In this document: positions 28,680 to 42,555 of the stretch, piece by piece
Layout: each line of letters starts with the position of its first letter
Numbering within the stretch: position 1 is the first letter of the stretch
DNA from: Trichinella spiralis
Taxonomy: Eukaryota
DNA length: 64,000 nucleotides
Direction of reading: 5' to 3'
Assembly (NCBI RefSeq): GCF_000181795.1
Contig: NW_003526940.1
Span: 1,530,571-1,594,570 of the forward strand
Translations under genes and position numbers: made by a program
The notes under the pieces: model-generated
What the model was told of the DNA's origin: nothing
What the model saw: only the letters and a program-made list of their open reading frames with translations
Databases searched by the model: none

Positions 28680-30380
28680 ATGGGAAATAACAACTATCAC
28701 ATAATTTTTATCTTTTTGATATGCAGCGGTGCAATATCAGCTATAGGAGAATTGATTCTGCTTTACTTTTTACTGTGCAAGAAGAAAAAAGGCATCATTT
28801 TTATTCTGGTCGTGGGTATGCATTATTTACAAATTATTATGATGCATAATAATTTTTATTTTAAAAATGTAAGAAATTTTTCCAAAAATTAATGAATTAC
28901 TTTTATAGTGCTGTTCAAACTTTGTATTAAACATGTATATTGAATTTCAGAATAAATTATGTATAAAACCGTCATGTAAAAATGCAAATAATTTCAACAG
29001 TGATGAAGATCTAACAATTGTATTCTTTGATAGCATATGCTAATAGTAATGTTGATATTTATGAGGTGTTGAAAAAATGATTTTTAACGCACATGAATGG
29101 TGACTGATAATAAGCATTTGGTTTACATAATCAGATGTAACAGCAGCTGACAAAAGTAAACCTTTTTTCCACTTTCTTATTACAATAAAATTACTTCACT
29201 AAAAAAAATCCGTTTAAAAAATAAACTTTATATTGTTACAGACTGCGAAAAATTTGTCTCAAACTGGACAACGAACATTATTATGCATTTCAACAATTAA
29301 AGCAGAGCAATAATTTTGTTGCTTATATCATATGTCGTCTATGATATAAAAAGCGTTTATGCTGGAGTATGAAAGTATTTGCAAAACTTAAATTTAGAAA
29401 AATATAGTGAAATTATCGCAAAATGCATACCACTTAATTTACGTATTTTTGTTTATGACATTTTATGCATTAAACGACACTGCTTATTGTTGCAATATGA
29501 TATTTCTTCAATTTGTATGAAAGATTATTCATAAAAACAATATTTTTTATTAAAAATCTTTGTATTAATTGTTCTAGCTCTGGTGGCAACCAACTGTGTT
29601 AATGCAATAAGCATTTGCCTTATTGGAATTTTCAATTCTGTTCTGTTCGATCAGCATGGGTCAAACTTCACAACACCACGATGCTGCATTCTTTTCAAAC
29701 CGCATTATCTGATCTTTGTTATATCTTCAAAGCAATCACCAATGATTACATGTGCCATAGGAGTCATTCAGCTGCAAAATGCATGTTTCATGAAATGGGA
29801 AAGAAGAAAGCTTTTATCAAAGTGCCTTGCGTATGTTATTTTTCTGTTGATCACGTGCATTTTTGGGGGTTTTACATTTTACAATATAAATGTCAATCTT
29901 GGTATACGCAGAATATCAACCATGTGTTTGTACTTTGAAGTGTTTCCTCATGCTGCAATTTTATGGGACAGTATTATAATATTGCTTTTAAACAGCGTAT
30001 CAATGTTATTGTACATTTTAGCTGTACTAATAATTCGTAGTAAACTTTCCAGCTCTCATGCCATTCGAGAAATACAGTACATCAGACAAAAAGCAATTCT
30101 GCGCAGATTCAAAAACATTGTTTCTGCTCAGTTACTGTATTCAAGCATTTTTGTGCTCTGTGTTTACACTGACATTCTGTCATTTCCTACGCATACCGTG
30201 TATTACCTTTGGTGTTTTTTTCCCTTTCTCAAAACTGGAAACTCAATTGTCTACGCAGATATTGTTATTCCTGTAATGGATAAATTCAAAGAACTTTGTC
30301 ATAACTTAAGAAAAGTGCTTAATAGCGGGTGCAATTCACTTTTTCATTGTGCTCATAAAGTTTCTGTTGCCCAAAGCTGA
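28680..30380 (+). CDS. Orphan multi-pass membrane protein (7TM/chemoreceptor-like), paralog 1; two exons 28680-28815 and 29578-30380
   Basis: Phase-1 splice gives ..FILVVA|LVATNCVNAIS. About seven hydrophobic segments, with basic intracellular-type loops (CKKKK; IREIQYIRQKAILRR) and conserved Cys. Confidence 0.75.
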
Positions 30381-32643
30381 TATTGTCACAACTAACGAAA
30401 ATAAAAAGAAAAAGCTACTACAAAATTCAAAAATATAAAATTTTAAGAATAAAAATAAGAACAAGTTTTTAATAAAAAATATTTTTCAAAACTATTTTGA
30501 AATATATGGCTATCATAAGAAAAATTTGTCTTTTTTTTGAACGTTTATTTCACTAGGTCATAATAAATATATTATTATTGTTTTAATTATGAGTAGAAAA
30601 ACAATTTTCATGCAAATGCAAGATTTCCCTTGGAGAATAACAATGTCAAAACAAAATCTGATGTGTGGAAATCTGATGAATTCTGGCGATTTTCAAAATT
30701 TCAAAATTTTCCAAACCATAAAAATTTTGAAAAATTATGATTTCAATAATTCATTTGAAGTCAGATAACTGACCAACAACAATATTTAACAAATAGAAGC
30801 TCAAACAGCAAGTTTAACTGACTACCAATGAGGTTCAAATGCAAAAGTAGGCAGAGTTCAGTTGGCGTAATCACTACTAAACTCGCACGCCATTTTTCAG
30901 TTGAGCATCACCGCCATATTTTTTGCAATAGCTTCACACAATTCAGTTGGTTGTGCAGAAATGCAGGCTGTCAGTAGCTGAATGGAATTTAAAGTCATTT
31001 ACCATTGTCTTTATTCTGAGCAATGTATGGTTTTGAAATAATTAGCGTTTATTTCACCGGTATCATTACAATGAGGCAGTGAACAAAATGAGGCTTGCGC
31101 ATTAATTGAAATACATTTTACTTACTTGCTCAGGAGTATTTGATGACTGTATTTTGCATTAATATTTGCCCAACTGGAAATATGCATATCGCCTCATTAT
31201 AAATATGGGGCTCAGTCAAGCCAAAGTTACGAGCATCACTGAGGAATTATTAACTTCAGTTTTCAGAGAAATGAATTTCATAAAGCAGAAAACTGTTGAA
31301 TTTAAAAGCTTAAATTATATTTAGCAACATGCATACGAAAAAGCATAACACTGGCCTGTATGCTGTCATCATAAATTTGGTTATACGTCGACGAAACGCC
31401 TACCGGATGTGCATTGATTGCTCCACTATAGAAGAACAGTTTCAAGATTCAAAAATGATAAGTCACCAAATGATATGACACTTTTTTCAACATTTATATT
31501 TTCAGCAGCTTTTATCAACGCTGAATATGATTTGATGATGTCAGTTTTCAGTTTGTAACAGTAATATATATTAAAATTTTATTTTAAAATATTTAATCTT
31601 TTTTGCGTTTGTTTTTTTGCGCTAATCAATTTTCACCTATACACAATTCGAGAAGGCAAACCGTTAAAAGTGAAGCAGTTGTGAAATACGACAAAAATTA
31701 ATGCAGAATAAAATTTTCTTCTCTTGTAATGTTGAATACTGAAATTGTAATTTTAATCTTTTCATTATCTTTAATTTGCATCGTTTACATGGTTATCAAC
31801 ATCTGCGTCGGTGCAAACGCTGGCGGCATTGCCGAATTTGGAGATAAAGTTTCCGCCAAATCTCCCCTAAGTGCTACAATAATTTCGTGAATTCAACATC
31901 AGTGAAATTTAGTGAACTGAATAACTGCTATTGGAAAAGCGCCATGTGGTTTCTGAGACGCTGAAGCAGAAGTTGCTATCTCATGTAGCTTATCTTATCC
32001 AGTTCTGTGATTCATCATAAAATTTCTTCTTTCACCAATCCTTGCAGTCTGTGTAGCAAAATGCACTGCAAGAATAGAATAGTAACTACAACGATCCATT
32101 GGAGTACCCTTTGAATCATGCACTCATTCATGATTCACGCCATTCAAGAAATGTTTTGAATGATGATTAAAATAATTCGTCTTAATTGCAAACCACTTTG
32201 TTACGACAACAGAAGGAATTTCGAATTTTAATTTATGAAATCAATAATAAATTTGAAATTTTGTCAGCGCATATCAAAAATTCAACTTTCTTGAAGATCA
32301 ACAAAACAGTCGTTTTGAATTTATGATTTATGAAATGATTTATTAATATCATTCTTATTAGCATGAATTTCCTTTATAATAATAAACGTTTACAAGAATA
32401 TACTTTATGGTGCACAAGATTTTTCATTAGCGTGTAAAGCATAATAATGGCATCAATCTTAAAATCTTTTGTTTAAAGTTTGCAGATAAACATTTTTTAA
32501 ATCGATATTTCATTTCAACGGTGATAATATTAATGTGCTACCATTTCATGCAGTGTAGAGTCACGCAAGCAAAACTCTGTCACCAAAACTTCTGTCTGTC
32601 GCAAGCAAAACTCCCATATTTTCAACTTTTATTGTTCCGCAAA

Positions 32644-34373
32644 ATGAATGCAGACTACATAAATATAATTTCTGTACTTTTAATATGTAACGGTACAATA
32701 TCAGCTTTAGTATCATTAATTATGCTTCGGTTTATACTCAGCAAAAAGAAGACAAACGCCATTTATATTTTGGTCGTGGGTAAATATCATGATTATAACA
32801 GCGCACATTAATTTTTATTTTAAAAATAATTTTAAAAACTCTTTCTATTATTCAATGAATTACTTTTACTGCGCTATTTAAAATCTATATTCAATTTCTG
32901 AATTGGATTTCAGAATAACTTATGAATATAATCATTGTGAAAAATCCCCTCAGTAAAAATTCAGATAATTTCAATGGCAATGCAGTACTAAAAATTAATC
33001 TTTTTTAGCAGGATATGTCATTCAAAATGTTGCTGTTGTAATGTGTTGAAATAATGTTTTTCAATGCTCATAAATGAAAAAATATAAATAATGATAAAGT
33101 TTAGTTGCTGGCATAACCTAATCTCATTTTTATTACGTTATTACACTATATTTGCTTCACTGACAAAATTCAGTTTAAAAAATAAACTCAGTGTTGCTAC
33201 ACACTGCCAAAAATTTGTCCCCATACTGAACATAGAACATTTTTGCACATTTCAACAATTAAAGCAGAGCAATAATTTTGTTGTTTACATTGATTGTTAC
33301 TTATCAAAAGTTGACCATATCAGAAATCAGAAATGGAAAGAGTATAAAAGGAGATGTATAACTCAAATTTAGGAAAATAAAGTAAAATCATCACAAAGTG
33401 CACACACCTTTTATGCATTAAACGACATTGCCCATTGTTGCAATATGATATTTCATCAATTTATAAAAAAGATTATTTATAGAAATGATTTCTTATTAAA
33501 AAATTTGCATTACTTGTTCTAGGTCTGGTGGCAACCAACTGTGTTAATGCAATAAGTTTATGCTTTATTGGAATTTTCCATTTTTATCCATTGAATAAGA
33601 ATGAGGCAAACTTTACAACACCACGAATCTGCATTCTTTCCAAACCGCAGTATCTAATAGCAATTGCTACGTCAAGGCAAGCAGCAATGCTTACACTTTG
33701 CATAGCGGTTATTCAACTGCGAAATGTGTACTTTGTTAAATGCAACACAACAAAAGTTTTATTAAAGTCCATAATTCTTACGTGTGGTATCTCTCTGCTG
33801 AACATTTGCTTATGTGGAATATCTGCATTTCAGACTATATGTTGCGGCTTTGGTGATCGCAAAATATCAGCCCCATGTTTTTACTTTGATGTTTTACCTC
33901 CTGTAGTAGTTTCATCGAACTTTTATATAATGTTACTTTTAGGCGTCCTGTCATTTTTATTGGACATTTCAACTGTACTAATAATTCGCAGCAAATTTTC
34001 TAGCTTACGTGGCATTCGAGAAATACAATTTATCCGACAAAAAGCAATTCTACAAAGATTGAAAATAATCACTATTGCTCATGTATTGTATTCGTGCGTT
34101 TTAGCAATCTGTACTTTTGTTAAAAATGTACATTATTCCACAGATTCGTTAGTAATTGTCATTTTGTGTATTTACCCTTATTTCAGTGCTGGAAACACAG
34201 TTATTTATACAAATCTTGTTATTTCTGTGACTGATGACTTAAACAGAACTTATTATTACTTTAAAGAATCGCTAAACAGATTGTACAATTCGCTTTCTCA
34301 TTATGTCCGTAAAGTTTCTGTTGCCCCAGCCTCTTCAAAGGATTTTCCCACTGTTGCTGCTGCTAAATTGTAA
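32644..34373 (+). CDS. Orphan multi-pass membrane protein (7TM-like), paralog 2; two exons
   Basis: Same exon structure and motifs (ATNCVNAIS, NFTTP.C, IREIQFIRQKAILQRLK, KVSVAP) as 28680-30380. Confidence 0.75.
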
Positions 34374-35072
34374 TGTTACTTAAACTATGTGAAAACGTGA
34401 CAAGTGTAAATAAATATCTTTATATATTTGAATAGAAAAATAAATTTTGCATACTCTGAATTTTATTTAATCTAAATAAATGAATATGTCACGCAGGCAC
34501 TGCAGGCACGCAACTTGATCTTCATTAGTGGTAAGTGGACTATGTATCTTTTCTTAATTTGAAGTCAAATTGATTGTGACTGCCTGTTTGTGACTGTGTA
34601 ATCACACTGCTCGCGTTCACATGCAAAGTTCGATAAATGAACATTTCGTCAGATGATTATATTGTTTTATTAATATCAAACATAATCCAATGCACATACA
34701 CTACAAACAATGTCATATTCCACAGAGTAGAAGATATTATACATTTCAACAATTAAAGCAGAGCAATAATTTTGTTGCTTATATTGCTTATAATTTATAA
34801 GTCGTCTATGATCTAAATGGCATAAAGTCGTATGGCATTTCACATGGTAAAATTTTGCACGATTGTCATTCCCCTTTGATTCATAACCTGCTCCAGAACA
34901 ATGTTTTACTATTCTGACAATGCATACAGAATGCTAGGTTCACCAGAATTACACCAATACCGTCCAATCTCACGCCCGTAAAGCAACAATAACAAATTAC
35001 AGAACAAATACTGATGTTTAGAAAAAGAGAAAATTTTTGCAGATTTTAGGTCACCTGTTGCAGAAACACATT

Positions 35073-35109
<37 letters not shown>

Positions 35110-37451
35110 GCATGTATATAATGACTATTCTTGCAATTCCAAAGAAAAATAAACATTTTTAGTGAGTTTTTTACTAGATAGATATTTTATCATGCACTTT
35201 GAGAAACAGTTCAAGCAAAAAATTCTAAAAGCAATGTTAATGAAATGCGCCATATGCTAATGCAAAATTTGTGCAGATAAAAAACTTATTACTGTAAACT
35301 TTTGCAATTATAAAGTAATTTAACGCTAATAATAGCAAGAATAGAATAGTAACCACAAGGATCCATTGGATCACAACGTTATTTGTATAATAATTTCATT
35401 TTTAACTGCCCTTATTGTACAAGTAAATAAAATAATATTATTTGACTTCACACACAATCAATTATGTGTGCAAAATTCAAATAATCACAAACATCATAAG
35501 AAATCTTTTTCAAACTTGAAAATCCCTTTTGTAGGTGGACTGTATGTTTTTATTTATAACGATCCAAAACAATGAATGTTGTTTTATTCAGTTTAATTCA
35601 ATTTTAATCAGTTGAATCAAGAACGGGGAATAATACAATACCTGAATAGCGGTTGGAAACGTTTGCAAAGCTAACTTTCTTGCTTCTCTTCCCTCTTCCC
35701 TCCTCACTCTTATTTATACATGTTGGTTGACCTCATTCCGCGTCTGATGGCTCAAATTTCCGAGGAAAAATCCAATTAAAATATGGGTTGGTTGTGCAAT
35801 CGTTTAATCTGTATGATTGGAACAGCCGCGCTGTCAGTAACATTCAGTTTTGACAAGTTGTCAGTAACTGATCCCCGAGGTTGTGAAAGGTATACCGCAT
35901 AGACGCTGACCCTTTGACCGTTTTACTGCCATTTCATTGTCCACCGTCAAGAAGAACAAGGGTCTCAGCTTACATTGCGTCACCATTGTTTGGTTGTAGT
36001 AAACAATATTTTGATCGTAGAGAGTTTAAACTTTGATGAGCAGGTATAGAGAAAAGATTTCTCAACAAACACGATATTAACATAGCAGCAAGTAAATAAA
36101 CGTGGGTTTCAATGCCTATAAAATGCAGTAATCAAAGTTGTTAGTCTAGTGATAGAGATATTTTTAGAATATTTTAGAAACAAGCTGATTGCTTTGAGCT
36201 GAGCAATTTAACAAACAACCAAGACTCAAGACTTGAAAATATTTCTGAATTTTTTTTAATTTAATTTGAAAAATAAATATACTTTGCCATTTCTGCACAT
36301 ACTGCAAGATGCTACTCAACAACGTCGATATTGCTCCGTAAATGCTTGTCTTTTTTTAGTGAAATTAGATTTTTTTTCTTGTGAATTTAAAGTGAAAAGT
36401 TTACTCTGATTTTGCTGAATATGACTTTTGCAAGAAAAATTCGGTCAGAAGATTTTTCTCGTTCTCTCAACGTTCACGTACATTAAACCAAGTAAGTAAC
36501 ATGTAAAACAGTTATTTATTACTTCAAATGTGCAAACAAGCATCTGTCAAGAAGCAACAGGCCGACCGTTTGTTACTTTTGATGTGAAATTTTCAACTTT
36601 TCTGCCATTGAATAATAGTTGCGAAAGTGACAAGTTAGAAACAATGCGTTGATTGATCATGCGCAATTGTTAAGCTAATGGTGTTACCCATGAGAATGTT
36701 AGAAACATTTAAATAATATCGGCGAAGCTGTTATGCTGTTTCTTTTTGCAGGGCAGAATAAAGATCTTACTTTGGCCATTTGAACTAATAATAAATAATA
36801 AGAACAATTCTATAAAACGAAAATATCTTCATATGAAAAACAAATTTGCCCGGGATGCCTGCTTGCACTAATCAAAACACCCAGAAACTGATAGTATGAC
36901 TTTATGCAAAATAGCAAAAATTGAATAATGTAAAATATACGGCTGAAGACACTACCAGATCGCCAGTGTAGGGAATTGCCTTTGAACAATATTTTCAAAA
37001 TTAGCTTTGTAAAATGCTGTTATATGTCTGTTGATATTGTTCAGAGGTGCCAGCTGCGCCATCAGGCTAAAGCATCGCTGCTTCCAAATTTACTTTCTTC
37101 TTTCAATTTTTACATGAATACTTTTTGAGGAGGAAATTTCTTGCACAAAACATAAATCACAATAAAATAAAAGTAGCACCATTTTCATAATATATTCGAT
37201 ATAAAAAAATGTCAACTTCACATAACATGATAAAATTTTTTGGAAAGATTCTATTCTTTGCATAATAACATAATGCTCAATTGCAAACAGCATACTTTTT
37301 TCTTGAAATTTAAGAAGCAAAACCGAAAATTTCATAAATTGTTGAACAACATTAATACTGTACTTCACACGATTTCCTCGTGGAAGTTAAAAGCACCTTC
37401 AAAAAGTATCATCATTTAATATGGTTGATAAAAATCACTAAAATCAATACC

Positions 37452-40400
37452 TTACAAATGCGTGTTCGGGTTTTCACCTAATAAACCATGAAATTTACCA
37501 GTTAAGAGCATATTGCAGCATTCCTGATAAAATTTACAATTTTCTTTTAATACAAAAAAAGAAAAAAAATTAATATGCGCCGAGAAAAAAGCTTACCTGC
37601 ATATGTTGAGTGATAATCAGCCGAAAGTGAATTGTAAAACATTCTCTGAGATCAAAGGGTGGCGTCGCAACTGGATCAAAAATAACTGAATCCACTAAAA
37701 AAAGTTTTACAATTGAAAACTTGTAAACATTGGCCTAATTATTTTTAGTTTTTAAATATGAAATAAAATTGAGTAAAACAGTAGTTTACCTTGCATAAGC
37801 CATCCCATTGCTATAAACTGCAAAATTCGCAAGAAACAGCAATATGGGGTAACTTCTTCACCTGCAAAAGAGTCGTACGCTCTATTTCCCAACACTTCAA
37901 TCATCTGAAATGCAAAACATTTTAATAAATACTAAATTTTCTTAATCAACATGCTAAAAAACAATAAAACAAAACATATTCGCAAACAAACGAATTAAAA
38001 TTCCAAATGTTGATTGATATACATACAAATGACATGTTCTCGTTGTATTCCAAATTTTTTGCCGCAAATATGCGACGCACGACTAAAAGTGCATCAATCA
38101 ACTGTTGTTTAGCCAAGCAAGTATTCTGCAATGTGAAAACGGATTCAGCGTAAGAAACATAAAAATTTTATTTATTGAAACTTCTTTATAGTAAATTCTA
38201 CGAATTGAATATACACTAATCTCTTACTTTTTTAATCAGCTACTACAACATTTTAAAGTCAACGCCTGTTGTAATTTATGAAAATTATTTTTAAAATGCT
38301 ACATTTTAATTATTCTGATGATTTTTTAAATAATTTATTACTTTTGTGACAATGTACGTATAAGAATTTATAATTAAAGTTTATAAGACCTACTTGAAAC
38401 CAAATATATCGCAGCACTTCTCGCCAAGTATCCCTTGCCTTTCGTAAATGATCTCTTTTCTCTACCATTATTGATATATTTTCTTCAAAAAATATAAAAT
38501 AAATATTCATAAGAAATATTAATCAAAAAGATTTCAAAAAGTACACCTTTCTCTTGTGGAGACTCTTCCAAAAGCAGTAAATTCAAAAAATAAATTTTAA
38601 CTCTGACACACACACCGTTGCGCCGCTGCTCTATGAACAATGTATCGTCCATACTGTTTAATTTTGCTGTAGTAGAATCCAAAGACTTCTAAAATTATAA
38701 AATTAAAATTAAAAAAATCTAATATTTAAACAAATCATACAATATATAAATGGTTAATGGTCAAAAAGTAAATAAAGGTTTTAACATACAACAATATGTT
38801 TCGTTGTTTCTCCCAAAAATTCCAGCGTCGGATTTTTAGGAAGAAATACCACCAAATTAGCTTCCATTTCTCCAGCTTGCAGCATATTTTTGGCAAAATT
38901 TCCAATCGGAAGAATCATGCCATTATACAACATTCCTGTACCATTTTCAAATATGCTAAAGACACAAGCACATATTATATTGATTTCAAAAATAAATTAA
39001 CCAACATTAAAAAGTATTATAACATAAATCGAAAGTTCAATTATGCATTTGACATCATTCTCAAATCAAAGTGTCACATCAAAAACAGAAGAGTAAAAAA
39101 AGCTAAATTATAATAAACTGCAATAATAGAATAATAAAATTCAACTCACCGATCAGTATTCTTACAAAACGTTTCGATGACAAGGGCAATTTTTTGCATG
39201 ACATGATCGACCAGTTCTTGCAATGCTGCTTTCACTTCAGGTGAAATAGCCAACGACTGTAGTGTTGAATTAAGCCATCTTTCAGCATGCTCCACCTTCT
39301 GCAATATTCAAATTCAAAAATACAAAAAAATCACTTCATCAATTTAAAAATCTTAAAATAAGATTTTTTTTCAATTCGACCAACATATCATAAATACTAA
39401 CAATAAATTATTAAAAATATTTTTACAAAAACGCAAAAGATGAACTCACAATAAATGGTAGACCATCATCGACTTTTGAAGCATCTGATTGGAAATAAGG
39501 TTTCAGTTCACTGAAATGCAAAATTTTTAACAATTTCATAATTGATAATAATTCGTCAATTACTGTATTTGAGTGTCAGTTTCCAATTTTACTGGCTTAT
39601 CAAAGTGCGTTGCCATTGTACAACTTTCAGTCACAGCATCCGTATTCAGTGTTCTATTTGCACTCTCTGCCAACGTCGATGCATCTGATAATAAAAACAT
39701 TTAAAATAATTTTTTGAATTTAATTTTTAATCAAGCATCCATAACGTTTGAAAATTTTAAACAAAAATAAAAAGAAAAACGCTTGCTTCGTGTGTTGTTT
39801 TTGCTGCTATCATTCGATTGAATATGTGAATACGAAAATTGTTTCTTCCGCTTGTAATAACGCAAAACCTTACAATGAGAAAATTTGATATGACAAAATA
39901 TTTGAAAAATAACATAATCACCTTGTTGTGTTTACCACCTTTGAAGTGCATCATTAAAGCTAATGAGCTGGTGCATGAAATTTGGCATATTTCACAGTAA
40001 TATAAAGGAGTACTGCTTGTCACAGAGGTCGAACAGTTCCGCTGTACCCGTGCCAATTGAAGAACACGTTTCTTATGACGCTGTCCAGATATATGAAAGT
40101 TAAATGTCTAAATACAATTAACGCAGTAATCGATGAAATCACCAAGATCGATCAAAAATAAACAGTTCACACCCACAAATCACTTACATCCTTGCCGTCG
40201 CATGTGATTTTGCACAAATCGCAAGCGTACTGCTTACGTGATTTTTTAGCTGAAACAATCTCATGTAAGTGTGACAAGTTCAACAAGAAGGCTCTTTTAC
40301 ATCTGACTTCAGGGTTACTGAAGCCACAGTGATGTTATACAGTTTGATTCATGTGTAAGTGATTATTCTAATTATTATTTAAATATATAAAAACATGCAA

Positions 40401-40940
40401 ACAAGTGTAAAGATGCTAAACAGTAAATAACATAGAAATAAGAACAACAGAAAAAAGAAATTAAACAGTAGATCTGTTGTAAAGCAAAAATCTACAACAG
40501 CTTTCTAAACAATTCAATAAGTCATTGGAATAAGCTATGGTTAATTTCAATTCAAGAAATAGTAAAGAGCAGATCAAAAACATTAAACATTTTCTACAAT
40601 TAAAAGCATCTTTCAGTTAAAAGAAAAGAAAAATCATTTAAAACTGATGCACAAGTTTAACTGACTTACCACGTTGCGCCATTGATAAATTAGCACGGCC
40701 TTTCTGTTCACTGCCTCTGAGGTTAGTGTTCGCCTGGTATTTGAAACAAAATTTTAAACAAATTATATAAAATATATACATTCACTATTTTACCACAGTG
40801 GAGTTCAATTGATCGCATTTCCTGAATGTATGAACATGTAAAACAATGCAACACTGTTTTAGGGAAACAAACTAAAACCAAAAATCTCACCGATCTGTAT
40901 TCAAAGAGCGATTTCGATTTGACGTGCGCTTTTTCGCCAT
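37452..40940 (-). CDS. Divergent zinc-finger RNA-binding/DZF-domain protein (ZFR-like), multi-exon
   Basis: Two U1/matrin-type C2H2 fingers (YACDLCKITCDGKD|TFNFHISGQRHKK; YYCEICQISCTSSLALMMHFKGGKHNK). The C-terminal exons MIEVLGNRA..FLRILQFIAMGWLM..IFDP...ITQHMQ|ECCNMLLTGKFHGLLG resemble the DZF dimerisation end. ATG at 40940, TAA at 37452. Confidence 0.6.
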
Positions 40941-41810
40941 TCTCAGTTAATTCAGTACTTCTGGATAAAGTTTACAAATAACAACATATACAAAAAAGTA
41001 TTTGATAATCAAGTTATTTAATACAAAAATTTTACTCGAACAATGATTTGCTAACTTCGCTCAGTATTCAGCACATATATTTAAAGTAAATAATTATCTG
41101 TGCAATATTTATTGTGAATAAATAAAAACTACAGCTTGAGTGAATACATAGACTCGAAACGATTTATGATTGGTCCATTCTGTTGGTCAATGATAGATTT
41201 TGCCTGTTGGCCATTTTGTTGTTTAGCCTTCGTTTGTGTTCTCTAAGCAGGTGAAAAAATTTATGCTTTATTCCTGCCGTTGCTTACAATTATTAACCTT
41301 TATGCTTAGAATAATTAGCAGTGATCATACTCCAGCAGAACATATACGATATCGAGCTACCCAGTATGAACAAAAAAAACGGTTCATTAAAATCCTGTTT
41401 AGGTTTTTTCAATGACAGATGTGCATTATCCGCCTTTGCTCTAACCCTGTATAAGCCCTGTATATGATATAATCATTGCTAATTATCCTCGTCGGCAGGC
41501 ATAAAGGATAAATTTGTATTTTATTTGCCGCCCAAGCCTTTGTTCCTATTGTTCTGCGTGCACAGTAATTGCGCACTAGCAAGGGTTCACTGCCTGGGTC
41601 AGAAAATGACTTTATTTGACAAAGCGTCCGTAGCATTGTAAAAATTCCTGACCACCCGGCTTTGGCTGATGGCAACAGATAAGCATGCTTATTCATTGTC
41701 TCCTTGTTCTTTCCTTCGCTGTTCATTTGCTTCGCTAGAAGAAAATTTTATTTCTTTGTTCTGTTCGTTGCTTTCGTCATGGCTGATATCTCTGAGCTAC
41801 ATCTTGTGAC

Positions 41811-42555
41811 CGGAAGGGATCAACTCGCCGCGTGGTTAGCCTGATCCGTCAGATAAATTTTTCAAAGTCAAACAAACAAAACTCGTAATAAGATTTATTT
41901 ATTTATGCCTTAGCATTGTGCCCAAAAGCTTATTACCCAAACTTGTCTGTACTACTACAAATTTTTACCTACAGATTTTCATCATTCTCCCAATTGCTTC
42001 AGCCAACGCAAAACGAAGCTTTCCTGCACTGAATTATCTACAAAACATTTTCCGGACTGCCATGATAGAAGAACGACTGAAAAGACTTGCACTAATGTAC
42101 ATTCATTCTGATTCTTCCATTGATATTGACCGCATAATAGACAAGTCCAGTTTCAAATGGAATCGAAACGTGTCGTTCGTTTGAAATGCAATTAAAATTA
42201 TAATTTGCATGTTTTTGATATCATGCGATTGAGATTCCAGTTTTGTTTAAATGAAAAACGGCATTATTTTGTTCCTCGTCAGACTGTCATGTATTATAAT
42301 ACATGTGCATGATAAATCTTCTGGGTACTATATCCGTCCCCCCTCTTTCATAAATTACACGTATCAACGCCCCTGAATGAAGAAATATATAATGCAGTAA
42401 TATATAATGATATAAATAATGCAGTAGAAAGATGCTCAGCTAGTGAACCTACGATTTTAAGCTATGCCACAGACACAAATAATCACGATGAGTTGACCAC
42501 GTAGCGAGTTGACCACGTGGCAGAGTTGACCGCCGTGGTGAGTTGAACTAGATCC
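41811..42555. mobile_element. Non-autonomous MULE-like element (745 bp) with 9-bp TSD
   Basis: Direct repeat TCTTGTGAC at 41802-41810 and 42556-42564. The left end GATCAACTCGCCGCGTGGT is an inverted match to the tandem GAGTTGACCACGT repeats at 42489-42548. Confidence 0.8.
41918..42375 (+). mobile_element. hAT transposase C-terminal dimerisation-domain fragment with probable right terminus
   Basis: ILPIASANAKRSFPALNYLQNIFRTAMIEERLKRLALMYIH matches the hATC motif (LP.T...ERSFS.L..IK...RSTM.EERL..LAL..IH). CAACGCCCCTG at ~42365-42375 resembles a CAGGGG-type hAT TIR. Confidence 0.7.

Noticed and set aside
42489..42548. GAGTTGACCACGT repeats as a CRISPR-like array
   Set aside because: Short tandem subterminal repeats of a MULE end; no unique spacers, no cas genes, and a eukaryotic context.
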